A stretch of 64,000 nucleotides of DNA from Minisyncoccota bacterium (lineage in GTDB: Bacteria > Patescibacteriota > Minisyncoccia > Phycocordibacterales > UBA9973). Location: NCBI GenBank assembly GCA_021734995.1, contig JAIPHX010000005.1, positions 4,099-68,098 of the forward strand. The letters run 5' to 3'. The notes under the pieces were generated by a model, which saw only the letters and a list, made by a program, of their open reading frames with translations, did no database searches and was not told the DNA's origin. Positions 1 to 10,008 of the stretch are shown here, in pieces; positions within the stretch are counted from its first letter, which is position 1; every line of letters begins with the position of its first letter. The translations under genes were made by a program, and so were the position numbers.

Positions 1-1
1 C

Positions 2-2041
2 ACAAAACTCATTACTTTGATAGAAAGTTATCGTTCTGCTCCTGTAATTCTTTCTTTAGCTGAAAATATATTAAAAAGCTCCATTGCTGAAGGCAAACTA
101 AAAAGCACTATTGATATTAAAGGAGAAATACATCTTAGTGGGTATGCATATCCTAGAGATGAGGTATTGGGTGCAGGATTATTTTTTAAACAGAAAATTG
201 ATGAAGGAGTAAAACCAGAAGAGTGCGCACTACTTGTGCCTAGGAAGTATCAGGTGCGTAATGCCATCAATTTACTAGAAAATATGGGAATTAAAACTTC
301 TTCTGGTAAAGAAATATCTTTATTTGAATTACCGGAGACAAAAAGTTTTTTGCGTATTTTAGGAATTATTATTGATCCAAATGATTTTATATTATTATCA
401 GAATCCATTCTAGATAAATTTAGCGAAGTACCATATCTGGAAGGACATAAATTTTTAAAAAGTTTAGCAAAGCTTGAAAAGATTACTTTGGAAGATATTA
501 AAAAAGGAGAGATAGAGCACAAGAATTCTTTATTTGGAGAAGGAAATGTCTCTAAATGGGGGATGAAACTTTCGGGGATTGTAGAAGAATTTAGTCATGA
601 AAGTGTGGTCAATATCGTGGCAGGAGTAGGCAAAAGACTCATGATTGATAATGTAAAAGATCATAATGAACTTTTGAGAAATGTAGAAGTGGTACGAACA
701 TTTACACATCTTGCAGAGCTTTTCCAAGAGAGAAGCAAAGCTCCGTCTTTGACAGAATTTATCACCTATATCAAAAGACTTGAATCTTATGGCAATCATA
801 TCCCACTAGCATCTTTCGGATCAAACAATGGTGTGCAAGTGATGACTTTGCATAAATCAAAAGGTTTGGAGTATCGTTTTGTCTGGGTTGCTCACATGAA
901 CGAAGAGGTTATTATGTCTGGTAAGAAAAATGCTTTCACCTTGCCTGAAAAAATAAAAGAACATTTAAAAGAAAGAGATGAGATGGATGCCAAAAGAGAA
1001 TTGTATGTGGCTGTGACTAGAGCCAAAGAACATTGTACTCTGTCATATTCTGACAATGATTATCGAGGAAGAGAATTGTCTCTTGCAAATATTATAAATG
1101 AATTAACTGAAGTGGACTTTGTAAAAAAGAATGTTGAAGATACAGAGAGTGAATTACTTGCCCTTGGTCCAGAAATATATATTCCTGAAAATCAAAAACC
1201 TTTGAGGGTGGGACTTGAAGAATTAAAAGAATTTGTGCGCGAAAATTATGCTGATGTAAAAGTAGCAGTTACTTTGCTCAATAACTTTTTTGATTGTCCT
1301 TGGAAATGGTATTTTAGAAGTTTTTTAAAGTTACCAGAATTGAAAAGTAAATCTTCAGCATTGGGATCTGCCGTACACTCTACTATTGATTTTATTTTAA
1401 AGAATAAAAAAGTATTAAAAGGAGATGAGCTTGAAGCCAAGCTAGAAGAATATATAAAAAAGGACAATATAGATTTATCAAAAAGAGAAATCCAAAAGCT
1501 TGTCAATGATGGAAAGGAGATAATGCAAGATTTTTTGAATGGATTTTATAAAAATATTTCTAAAGAATATCTCACAGAGAGACCTCTTTCTTTCCATGAT
1601 TCTAGGTTTGCACATCTTTTGATGTATGGAAGGATAGACTTATCAGAAGAATTAAATGGATCAGAAAAAAAACAATATATAGTGACTGATTTTAAGACGG
1701 GATCAGTAAAGACCAAAGGAGTGATAGAAAAGATAGATGAAGAAGGTAGACTTTCTCCACATATGCGACAGCTCACCATGTATTCATATTTGTTTGAAGG
1801 AGCCACTAGTGGAAAGGTGATGTTGTCTAGACTTCTGTATTTAGAAGCTTCTCAGAATGATAAGAATGCTACTTACGAAACCAATATTTCAAATGAACAA
1901 ATAGACTTGTTGGTCAGAGATATCACCGAATACGACAATTTATTAAAAACAGGTGAATGGGTGCATCGTCCATGCAACTTCACACCATTTGGGAAAGAGA
2001 AAGAATGTCAGTATTGCAAAATGGCTAAGATTTATGAATAA
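2..2041 (+). CDS. UvrD/PcrA-like SF1 helicase C-terminal half fused to a PD-(D/E)XK nuclease (AddA/AdnB-like); 5' part lies outside the window
   Basis: Helicase motifs V and VI (VMTLHKSKGLEY, LYVAVTRAK); nuclease motif GRID...TDFKTG; Cys pattern DCPW...CNF...CQYC. The frame is open to the window edge. Confidence 0.85.
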   Translation, partial: TKLITLIESYRSAPVILSLAENILKSSIAEGKLKSTIDIKGEIHLSGYAYPRDEVLGAGLFFKQKIDEGVKPEECALLVPRKYQVRNAINLLENMGIKTSSGKEISLFELPETKSFLRILGIIIDPNDFILLSESILDKFSEVPYLEGHKFLKSLAKLEKITLEDIKKGEIEHKNSLFGEGNVSKWGMKLSGIVEEFSHESVVNIVAGVGKRLMIDNVKDHNELLRNVEVVRTFTHLAELFQERSKAPSLTEFITYIKRLESYGNHIPLASFGSNNGVQVMTLHKSKGLEYRFVWVAHMNEEVIMSGKKNAFTLPEKIKEHLKERDEMDAKRELYVAVTRAKEHCTLSYSDNDYRGRELSLANIINELTEVDFVKKNVEDTESELLALGPEIYIPENQKPLRVGLEELKEFVRENYADVKVAVTLLNNFFDCPWKWYFRSFLKLPELKSKSSALGSAVHSTIDFILKNKKVLKGDELEAKLEEYIKKDNIDLSKREIQKLVNDGKEIMQDFLNGFYKNISKEYLTERPLSFHDSRFAHLLMYGRIDLSEELNGSEKKQYIVTDFKTGSVKTKGVIEKIDEEGRLSPHMRQLTMYSYLFEGATSGKVMLSRLLYLEASQNDKNATYETNISNEQIDLLVRDITEYDNLLKTGEWVHRPCNFTPFGKEKECQYCKMAKIYE

Positions 2042-2285
2042 TGGAAATATGTCTGATATAATAGTAAAGCACATTAAAATAACGTACGAGGAAGGAGATG
2101 AAAGAGTTAGATCTTTCGTGAAGTTTTTACAGAGTGACAGGTCTGATAATGTTTTAACAAAATATTATCAGCAAGCGATTTTAGAAAAAGATGGAATTTT
2201 AAATGTTTCTGATAAGGCAGGCAATGAATTCACTTTTGTGTGCAATAACGCCCATAGATGCAATTTACAATTAAGAGGAATGTAA
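2034..2285 (+). CDS. Small hypothetical protein (start at 2034 or 2049)
   Basis: The ORF fills the gap between the helicase and pheS; ATG 2034 overlaps the upstream stop. Confidence 0.6.
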   Translation: MNNGNMSDIIVKHIKITYEEGDERVRSFVKFLQSDRSDNVLTKYYQQAILEKDGILNVSDKAGNEFTFVCNNAHRCNLQLRGM

Positions 2286-2291
2286 AAAAAT

Positions 2292-3002
2292 ATGCAAAAC
2301 AAGAAAACAACAGAACATCCATTTTCAATACTTTCTAGACAGGCCTATGAAGTATTTGCTCAGCTTGGTTTTGAGATTGTGGTAGGTCCAGAGCTTGAGA
2401 CAGAATGGTATAATTTTGACGCATTAAATGTACCAAAAGATCATCCTGCCCGAGATATGCAAGATACTTTTTGGATTAAAGATTCTGTTGGAAAAGTTTT
2501 ACGAACACACACTACTTGTACTGCAGGTAGAGCAATAGAGAGGGCGTTAAAAGAAGATAGATTTCCTTCAGCATTTATCTCTGTTGGAAAGGTTTTTAGA
2601 AATGAGGCAACTGATGCGACACATGAAATGCAGTTTTTTCAAATAGATGGCATTATGGTTGGTGAAAAAAAAGACGGTATTTCTCTTGCCAACTTAAAAG
2701 GTGTATTGTCTCAGTTTTATAAAAAAATGTTAGGAGAAGAAATAGAAGTAGAATTCCGTCCTAGCTTTTTTCCATTTACAGAGCCATCTTTAGAAGTACA
2801 TACAAAATGGAAAGGCAAATGGCTTGAGATGATGGGGGCAGGAATGTTGCACCCAAAAGTTTTACAAAATCTTGGGCTTGATCCTGAAAAATATCAAGGA
2901 TTTGCTTTTGGTGGAGGTCTTGATCGTATCGCGATGATTAAATGGGGGGTGCCAGATGTCCGTATTTTTTATCAAGGAGATTTGCGTTTAAATCAATTTT
3001 AA
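2292..3002 (+). CDS. pheS: Phenylalanine-tRNA ligase alpha subunit, short form without the N-terminal helical arm
   Basis: NFDALN, HPARDMQDTF, LRTHT, FRPSFFPFTEPS, GFAFGGGLDR. Confidence 0.97.
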   Translation: MQNKKTTEHPFSILSRQAYEVFAQLGFEIVVGPELETEWYNFDALNVPKDHPARDMQDTFWIKDSVGKVLRTHTTCTAGRAIERALKEDRFPSAFISVGKVFRNEATDATHEMQFFQIDGIMVGEKKDGISLANLKGVLSQFYKKMLGEEIEVEFRPSFFPFTEPSLEVHTKWKGKWLEMMGAGMLHPKVLQNLGLDPEKYQGFAFGGGLDRIAMIKWGVPDVRIFYQGDLRLNQF

Positions 3003-3004
3003 TT

Positions 3005-4846
3005 ATGAAAATATCATACAATTGGTTGAAGTGGTATATGCCAGAACTTCCTGCTCCAAGTAAATTGGCAGATGTTTTTACATATCATCTTTGTGAGGTA
3101 GAAGGGATAGAAGATTTTGGAGAAGGAGACTCTAAAGATACTATTTTTGATATAAATATTTTACCAAATAGGGCACATGATCTGCTTTCACATCAAGGAA
3201 TCGCACGAGAGCTCGCTTCTTTGTTAAATATTACTTTTGTTAGTCCTGAAGAAAAATATAAAATACCACAGACGAACCCTACTAATTTTAAAATAAATAT
3301 AGATACTCCAAATTGTAGAAGATACATGGGAAGGATTGTGCGAAACATAAAGATAGGCCCTTCTCCAGATTGGGTGAAACAACACTTAGAATCAATTGGA
3401 CAAAGATCAATCAACAACATAGTAGATGCGACAAATATTGTAATGTATGATTGTGGTCAGCCAGCACACGCTTTTGATTTGAAAAAAGTTGTGGGAGAAA
3501 ACATCAAGGTAAGACAGGCAAAAGAAAAAGAAACAATGACTACATTGGATAATAAAAATGTAGTATTTAAAGAAAGTGATATGGTCATTGCTGACGATAA
3601 AAATATTTTAGCTATTGCAGGTGTCAAAGGAGGAAAGTTGGCAGAAGTAGACAATACTACCACTGATATTATTTTAGAAATTGCTAATTTTAATCCTACT
3701 TCTGTCAGAAAGACAGCCCAATCTCTGGGGATATTTACTGACTCTCGTAAAAGATTTGAGAATGATTTACCTACAGAGCTTGCTCCTTATGCGATGCGAG
3801 AACTTTCAGCTTTGATTGCAGAGATGTGCCCAGAAGCTTCTTTTGAAGAGATTGTAGACGTGTATTTGGACAAGCAAAATATAAAGCGGGTATCTTTTTC
3901 TGTTCAAAATATTTCTAGGATTTTAGGGGTAGAAATTCAGAAAGAGGAAGTAAAAAATATTTTTGAAAGATATGGATTTGGTCTTGAAGAAGATTCTGAT
4001 AAGTTTGTTGTCCAAGCTCCATTTTGGAGATTAGATTTAGAAAACGAATCTGATATAGCAGAAGAAGTAGGAAGAATTTTGGGGTATGACAAAGTCCCAC
4101 CAGTCATCTCTAGTCTAAAATTAAATCCTAAAAAGAGTGATATTTACCAAAAAACATCGTGGGCAAAAAATAAATTAATTTCTGATGGATATAGTGAAGT
4201 AATGACTTATGTTTTTAAAAGTAGTGGTGAAGTAGAAGTGCTTGAAAGTGCTTCGGATAAAAAGTTTTTGCGGACAAATTTAACAGATGGACTAAAAGAG
4301 AGTATAAAATTGAATGCAGTCAACGCTCCATTTTTAGAATTGGAAAATGTAAAAGTGTTTGAAATAGGAAATATTTTTTTGAAAGACAAAGAAGAGACAA
4401 GAGTGGTTTATGGAGATAAAAAAAATGTTATAGAAGTATCCTTGGAGCAATTTTGCAAAGAAATGCAAAGTGATACAAACAAAAATGCTCCTGCTGATGT
4501 AGATGCAGATTCTTTAGAAAAACAATCCGCAGGACAAGATGATCTTTTGGTAAAAAAATTCAAAATGTGGTCTGTCTATCCATTTGTGTATAGAGATGTT
4601 GCAGTGTGGATACCAGATGATCAAAAAGCAGATGAACTCTATAATATTCTAAAGGAAAACGGTGGAGAATTACTTGTAAAAGATCCATATATGTTTGATT
4701 CTTTTAGCAAGGATGGACGTACCTCTTATGCTTATAGATTGATTTTTCAATCATATGAAAAGACTCTTACAGATGAGGAAGTGAATAGTATTATGGATAA
4801 AATAACAATTAAAATAAAGGGGAAAAATGGATGGGAGGTAAGGTAG
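3005..4846 (+). CDS. pheT: Phenylalanine-tRNA ligase beta subunit (shortened)
   Basis: MKISYNWL start at 3005, ILPNRAHDLLS, INNIVDATN, DIAEEVGRILGY, C-terminal FDX-ACB domain (YPFVYRDVA...LTDEEVN). Confidence 0.95.
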   Translation: MKISYNWLKWYMPELPAPSKLADVFTYHLCEVEGIEDFGEGDSKDTIFDINILPNRAHDLLSHQGIARELASLLNITFVSPEEKYKIPQTNPTNFKINIDTPNCRRYMGRIVRNIKIGPSPDWVKQHLESIGQRSINNIVDATNIVMYDCGQPAHAFDLKKVVGENIKVRQAKEKETMTTLDNKNVVFKESDMVIADDKNILAIAGVKGGKLAEVDNTTTDIILEIANFNPTSVRKTAQSLGIFTDSRKRFENDLPTELAPYAMRELSALIAEMCPEASFEEIVDVYLDKQNIKRVSFSVQNISRILGVEIQKEEVKNIFERYGFGLEEDSDKFVVQAPFWRLDLENESDIAEEVGRILGYDKVPPVISSLKLNPKKSDIYQKTSWAKNKLISDGYSEVMTYVFKSSGEVEVLESASDKKFLRTNLTDGLKESIKLNAVNAPFLELENVKVFEIGNIFLKDKEETRVVYGDKKNVIEVSLEQFCKEMQSDTNKNAPADVDADSLEKQSAGQDDLLVKKFKMWSVYPFVYRDVAVWIPDDQKADELYNILKENGGELLVKDPYMFDSFSKDGRTSYAYRLIFQSYEKTLTDEEVNSIMDKITIKIKGKNGWEVR

Positions 4847-4872
4847 ACAATAATTAGTGTGTAGTTTATAAT
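4844..4872 (+). promoter_or_regulatory. Sigma70 promoter, probably giving a leaderless transcript
   Basis: TAGACA-17 nt-TATAAT, 6 nt before ATG 4879. Confidence 0.6.
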
Positions 4873-4878
4873 TGTGTT

Positions 4879-6507
4879 ATGAATGAAAATAACAACGAAC
4901 TAAGTGCAGCAGAAAAAATTCAATTAGCAAAAGAAAAGAAATTGAATAAAAAAACAGAAATTGAATCTCTTTATCAAGACGCTAAAAAAGAACTAGAAAA
5001 CACACTTAAAGAAATTAAGAGTGTAAAAGATTTACGAGAAAGTTTTAAACAAAAGAGGATTGATTTTACCAAACAACAAAGGGGAATAGTTGATGGTGTA
5101 AAAAAGGAAGATTTAGATATGTATAAAGATGAATTAACAGATAAATTTAGGGATACTTTTAAGCTTGAAATAGAACAATGGAAGGGGATGGGTGACGAAG
5201 TCGAAAATTTAAATAAAGAATTAAAAGAATTACAAACTTTAGCGAGTGTACAAGAAAAAAAATCTAAAGAATTATTTTACCAGACAGATGATGGTTTAAA
5301 AGTTCTAGAAAAAGAAAAAGATGAATTACTGGAGCAGGAAAAGATGAATTCATATATTGATGTTATAGATAAATTGTTTTCTCAAAATGGAGTAGATCAA
5401 CGTTATGGTAATTTTGGTCCATATAAAAAACATAACTTAGAAAATTTACTAGAAGATTTAATTCTTTGTGGTAACTTTTCTAAAGTTTTACCAGGATATT
5501 CATATGATAATTTTACTGGCCTAGATAAATCTATTTCTGAAGAAGAATATCAAAAGATATTTACAGAGTACATATTTACAAAAGTTTTGAAATCCGATTT
5601 CAAAAAACCATTTGAAGATAGGGGTTTAGAAAAAGGATTAAAAAATATTATTTCAGAACAAATTAAGTTTATGATTTATCTACATAAAAACAAAGGCAAA
5701 TTCACAGAGGTTCAAAACAAAACTTCACTTAATGATTTTATAGTAGAAAATGGTGAAAAAATTTCAACATTAAGAAATAAGATAGGAGATGTATTTGGAG
5801 AAGTTGTTAATGGATTCAGTAATATTTCCTCTGAAGATTATATAAAAGATTATATAAAAAATATTGATTATAGTTATTTAAAATTAAGTAAAAAAGAAAT
5901 TAGTAGTATTAATGATGAGATTTGGTCTGATATTAATCATTTATTACCTAAAAAAGTGGATGATATTACTTTTAATATTGATTCTGGTTACTATGCAGAT
6001 TCAAATTATTTTTCAGGTTTTTACAAAAAAGTAAGAGATATTCTTTTAAGTAAAAGAATGAACTTATTAAATACTGTTTTACCTCGTGTACAAAAACAAT
6101 TTAATGAGGAAGAAAATAAATTTATTAGCTTAAAGAAAAAGGACTTAGAAGAAACAATTAATTTATTAAGATTTAAAATTAATTATATAAACTATGTTGA
6201 AGATCAAATATTATCTTTGTTTAATAACTTTAATTCTAATAGTAGTCAAGGAATAGGAAAAGAAGTTGCTCAATATATAGGATATTTAAACAAAATTCAA
6301 AATTTTAAATTAAAACTAAATCAAAACTCTAATTATCCTACAAATTCTGTGAACTTAGAAACTCTAGATAGATATGTCCAACCAATAACCTTAGACGAAA
6401 AGGAGATTGTTATGTCTTCTGTTATTAAAGATTTTTATGAAAAAATAGAACGAATAATAAAACAATTGAATGTTGATTTGCAAGAAGATAAATCAAATAA
6501 TAACTAG
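4879..6507 (+). CDS. Hypothetical K/E/N-rich protein with N-terminal coiled coil
   Basis: 542-aa ORF with its own promoter; no motif recognised. Confidence 0.8.
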   Translation: MNENNNELSAAEKIQLAKEKKLNKKTEIESLYQDAKKELENTLKEIKSVKDLRESFKQKRIDFTKQQRGIVDGVKKEDLDMYKDELTDKFRDTFKLEIEQWKGMGDEVENLNKELKELQTLASVQEKKSKELFYQTDDGLKVLEKEKDELLEQEKMNSYIDVIDKLFSQNGVDQRYGNFGPYKKHNLENLLEDLILCGNFSKVLPGYSYDNFTGLDKSISEEEYQKIFTEYIFTKVLKSDFKKPFEDRGLEKGLKNIISEQIKFMIYLHKNKGKFTEVQNKTSLNDFIVENGEKISTLRNKIGDVFGEVVNGFSNISSEDYIKDYIKNIDYSYLKLSKKEISSINDEIWSDINHLLPKKVDDITFNIDSGYYADSNYFSGFYKKVRDILLSKRMNLLNTVLPRVQKQFNEEENKFISLKKKDLEETINLLRFKINYINYVEDQILSLFNNFNSNSSQGIGKEVAQYIGYLNKIQNFKLKLNQNSNYPTNSVNLETLDRYVQPITLDEKEIVMSSVIKDFYEKIERIIKQLNVDLQEDKSNNN

Positions 6508-6541
6508 CATTTACCTATACATTTTGGTATAATAGGACTAT

Positions 6542-9500
6542 ATGGCAAAAGAAAATAGTGCAGACACAAAGAGTGGAAAAGGGCATCATTATGATGCTTC
6601 TGACATTTCGGTCCTTGAAGGGTTGGAACCTGTCCGTAAACGTCCTGGAATGTATATTGGGACTACTGGTCCTGAAGGTTTACACCATTTGATTTGGGAA
6701 ATATTTGACAACTCTCGTGATGAAGCGATGGGAGGTTTTTGTGATACCATTGAAGTAGTTATTCTTCCAGGTAATCGTATTAGAGTAACCGACAATGGTC
6801 GTGGTATTCCGATTGATGTTCACAAAAAAACAAAAGTATCTGCTTTAGAAACAGTGATGACTACTTTGCATGCCGGAGGGAAATTTGGAGGTGAAGGATA
6901 TAAAGTGTCTGGAGGGTTGCATGGAGTGGGTGCATCAGTCGTAAATGCTCTTTCTATATATTGTAGAGCAGAAGTCCATAAAGATGGAGGTATTTATGTA
7001 CAAGAATATTCAAAAGGGGTCAAAAAATCCGCAGTAAAAAAGATTGGTTCTACTAAACAAAATGGAACGATCATTACTTTTGAGCCAGATATAGAAATTT
7101 TTAAAGAAATAAAGTTTGATTGGAATGTGATAGTCAGTCATATTCGTCAGCAAGCATATCTTGTAAAAGGACTACGAGTATCTATTATAGACGCAAGAGA
7201 ATTTGACCCAACTCTTTTATTTGAATCAAAAAATTCAAAATTAGATCCAGATTCTGTATTCTATTTCAAAGAGCTTGGCTTAGAGCTTCCATCAGTTTCT
7301 TTTTATTTTGAAGGAGGACTTACATCTTTGATTAGATATTACAATAAGTTTCAAAAACCTGTTCAACAAAATATTTTTTATGTAGAAAAAGAACAAGACG
7401 GAGTGGGGGTGGAGATTGCCTTGCAATATGTAGATGACATTGTAGATCGCATTGTTCCTTTTGCCAACAATATCTACAACCCAGAAGGTGGTACACATGT
7501 TACAGGTTTTAAAACTGCTCTTACTAGAACTCTGAATACATATTGCAAAAAGAATGAAATGATCAAAGAATCTGAAGGAGGTTTTACAGGAGAAGATGTA
7601 TTAGAAGGTCTTACTGTTGTGATATCTGTAAAGCTTCGTGAAATACAATTTGAAGGTCAAACTAAAGCAAAGCTTGGTAGTGTAGAAGCTCAAGGTGCAG
7701 TAGCTACTGTCTTTGGTGAGGCTTTTTCGGGTTTTCTAGAGGAAAATCCAGATGAAGCTAAGTCAATCATAGGAAAAGCAGTACTTGCAATGAAAGCTCG
7801 TAAAGCGGCAAAAGCTGCAAAGGATTCTGTGCTACGTAAGGGAGCTCTTGAGGGGATGACTCTTCCAGGAAAGTTAGCAGATTGTCAAACAAAAGATGCG
7901 AGTGAATCTGAACTCTTTATTGTGGAAGGAGATTCTGCAGGAGGGTGTTTTTCAGGAGACACAAAAGTTGCTTTGGTTGACGGTAGAAATATATCTTTTA
8001 AAGAAATTATTGCTGAATATCAAAATAACAAAAAAAATTATTGTTACACAATACTTCATGATGGTAGTATTGGAATACAAGAAATAAAAAATCCAAGAAG
8101 AACAAAGACTAACGCAGAAGTTATAAAAATTATCTTGGATAATAATGAAGAAATAGTCTGCACTCCAGACCATTTGTTTATGTTGAGAGACGGTACTTAT
8201 AAACAAGCAAAAGATATTTTGATTACAGATTCTCTTATGCCCCTTAGAAAAAAGATTTCTGAAATTGGAGGGCGTATCACAATAAAGGGATATGAAATGG
8301 TCTATAATAACAATTCTAATAGATGGATCTTTACTCATATGTTGGCAGATGAATTTAATTTGCGTAAAGGTTTTGATACTATTGAAAATGGTGCATATAG
8401 GCATCACAAAGATTTTAATAAAACAAATAATAATCCGGACAATATAGTAAGACTCACAAAGGAAGAGCATATTTCTCTGCATTCTTTTTATTATGAAAAA
8501 AATTTAAAAAGACCAGATGTATTAGAAAAATTAAGTATTTTAAGAAAGACTCCGGAATATAGACAAAAAATAAGAGAAAAAATGCTCGCTATGAGAGAAG
8601 ATTTAAGTATTAGAGCTAAAGCACAATGGGAAAATGAAGAATATAAGAAATATATGGTAAATAAATTTTTAGATTTTTATGCTTCCAATAAAGATTATAG
8701 AGAAAAAAGTCAAAATATTTTACAAAAAGCACAGAAAGAATATTGGGCTAGTACTGAAAATAAAAAGAAGCAATCAAAAAAAGTGAAAGAGTTTTTTGCA
8801 ATGAATCCTTTAGCAAAAGTTAATTTGAGTGAAAAAGCTAAAAAACAATGGATGCAAGGTGATTTGTTGGATTGGAGAAGCAAAAAAACACAAGAACAAT
8901 GGACAGAAGAATTTAGGGAAAAGAGAAGAATTGCTTATAATAAAACTTATTACGAAAACACAATTAGAGTTCTAAAAAGAGTTTATGACCAAACCAAATC
9001 TATAGACATACAGTCTTTTGAAGATTTAAGAAAGATAGAAAATAATAAAAATGTACTATCGTTCAATACTTTTTTTAATAGGTTTTTCGATGAAGATTTT
9101 AATAGATTGAAAGATGCTGTTGAAAACTATAACCACAAAATAAAGAGTATTGTGCATCTTTCTGGGAAAATTGATGTGTATGATATTGAGGTTCCAGGTA
9201 CTCACAATTTTGCTCTTGCTTCTGGTGTTTTTGTTCACAATAGTGCAAAGCAAGGTAGAGATAGAAGGACTCAAGCGATTTTGCCTTTGCGCGGAAAAAT
9301 TTTGAATGTGGAGAGAGCTAGAATAGACAAAATGCTTGCATCCAAGGAAGTAAAAGCTCTCGTTATAGCATTAGGAACTTCTATTGGAGATACTTTTGAT
9401 ATAGAAAAGGCACGATATCACAAAATAATTATCGCTACTGATGCCGACGTGGACGGGTCTCACATTAGGACACTTTTGCTTACTTTGTTTTATAGATATT

Positions 9501-9952
9501 TCAAACAAATTATTGAGGCAGGGTATATCTATATTGCTCAACCTCCTTTGTTTAAGATAAAGAAAGGTAAAGAAGTTTTTTATGTTTATTCAGATGAAGA
9601 GAAAAATAAAATTATTGGTAAAGAAGAAAATCTTGATGATATTCAAAATGAAAATGATAGTTACAATCAAGAAGAAAATACGGAAAACACAGAAGACGCA
9701 GAAGAAAATACAGAAGAGGTAAAAAAGAAATCTGCAAAGCCTAGAGTGCAAAGATATAAGGGTCTCGGAGAAATGAATCCAGAGGAGTTGTGGGAGACTA
9801 CAATGGATCCAGAAAGAAGAGTGATCAAGCAAGTCACTATTGAAGATGCAGAGGAAGCAAATAAAATATTTGATATTTTAATGGGTTCAGATGTTGTCCC
9901 ACGTAAGTCTTTTATTCAATCCAATGCAAAGCTTGCGGAGATTGACTTGTAA
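6542..9952 (+). CDS. gyrB: DNA gyrase subunit B containing an intein
   Basis: VRKRPGMYIG, GHKL motifs, TOPRIM EGDSAGG/SAKQGR split by the insertion, PLRGKILNV, DADVDG, QRYKGLGEMNP. Confidence 0.98.
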   Translation: MAKENSADTKSGKGHHYDASDISVLEGLEPVRKRPGMYIGTTGPEGLHHLIWEIFDNSRDEAMGGFCDTIEVVILPGNRIRVTDNGRGIPIDVHKKTKVSALETVMTTLHAGGKFGGEGYKVSGGLHGVGASVVNALSIYCRAEVHKDGGIYVQEYSKGVKKSAVKKIGSTKQNGTIITFEPDIEIFKEIKFDWNVIVSHIRQQAYLVKGLRVSIIDAREFDPTLLFESKNSKLDPDSVFYFKELGLELPSVSFYFEGGLTSLIRYYNKFQKPVQQNIFYVEKEQDGVGVEIALQYVDDIVDRIVPFANNIYNPEGGTHVTGFKTALTRTLNTYCKKNEMIKESEGGFTGEDVLEGLTVVISVKLREIQFEGQTKAKLGSVEAQGAVATVFGEAFSGFLEENPDEAKSIIGKAVLAMKARKAAKAAKDSVLRKGALEGMTLPGKLADCQTKDASESELFIVEGDSAGGCFSGDTKVALVDGRNISFKEIIAEYQNNKKNYCYTILHDGSIGIQEIKNPRRTKTNAEVIKIILDNNEEIVCTPDHLFMLRDGTYKQAKDILITDSLMPLRKKISEIGGRITIKGYEMVYNNNSNRWIFTHMLADEFNLRKGFDTIENGAYRHHKDFNKTNNNPDNIVRLTKEEHISLHSFYYEKNLKRPDVLEKLSILRKTPEYRQKIREKMLAMREDLSIRAKAQWENEEYKKYMVNKFLDFYASNKDYREKSQNILQKAQKEYWASTENKKKQSKKVKEFFAMNPLAKVNLSEKAKKQWMQGDLLDWRSKKTQEQWTEEFREKRRIAYNKTYYENTIRVLKRVYDQTKSIDIQSFEDLRKIENNKNVLSFNTFFNRFFDEDFNRLKDAVENYNHKIKSIVHLSGKIDVYDIEVPGTHNFALASGVFVHNSAKQGRDRRTQAILPLRGKILNVERARIDKMLASKEVKALVIALGTSIGDTFDIEKARYHKIIIATDADVDGSHIRTLLLTLFYRYFKQIIEAGYIYIAQPPLFKIKKGKEVFYVYSDEEKNKIIGKEENLDDIQNENDSYNQEENTENTEDAEENTEEVKKKSAKPRVQRYKGLGEMNPEELWETTMDPERRVIKQVTIEDAEEANKIFDILMGSDVVPRKSFIQSNAKLAEIDL
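7946..9241 (+). mobile_element. Intein (432 aa) with an HNH homing endonuclease
   Basis: Starts CFSGDT, block B TPDH, ends VYDIEVPGTHNFALASGVFVHN followed by Ser+1; HNH motif HHKDFNKTNNNPDNI...EH..LH. Confidence 0.97.
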
Positions 9953-9969
9953 GTTTTAAGATTAGCTAT

Positions 9970-10000
9970 AAAAAAACCTCAGAATGTTCTGAGGTTTTTT
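9970..10000. terminator. Bidirectional intrinsic terminator between gyrB and thrS
   Basis: AAAAAAACCTCAGAA-t-g-TTCTGAGGTTTTTT hairpin with A/T tails between convergent genes. Confidence 0.85.
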
Positions 10001-10008
10001 AGATGAAA

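Noticed and set aside
1250-2041. Cas4 call for the PD-(D/E)XK domain
   Set aside because: It is fused to a UvrD helicase with no CRISPR context; a repair nuclease is more likely.
9640-9722. Acidic E/N/T-rich repeat-like insert in the GyrB C-terminus
   Set aside because: A short low-complexity loop at a known variable position; not a separate element.
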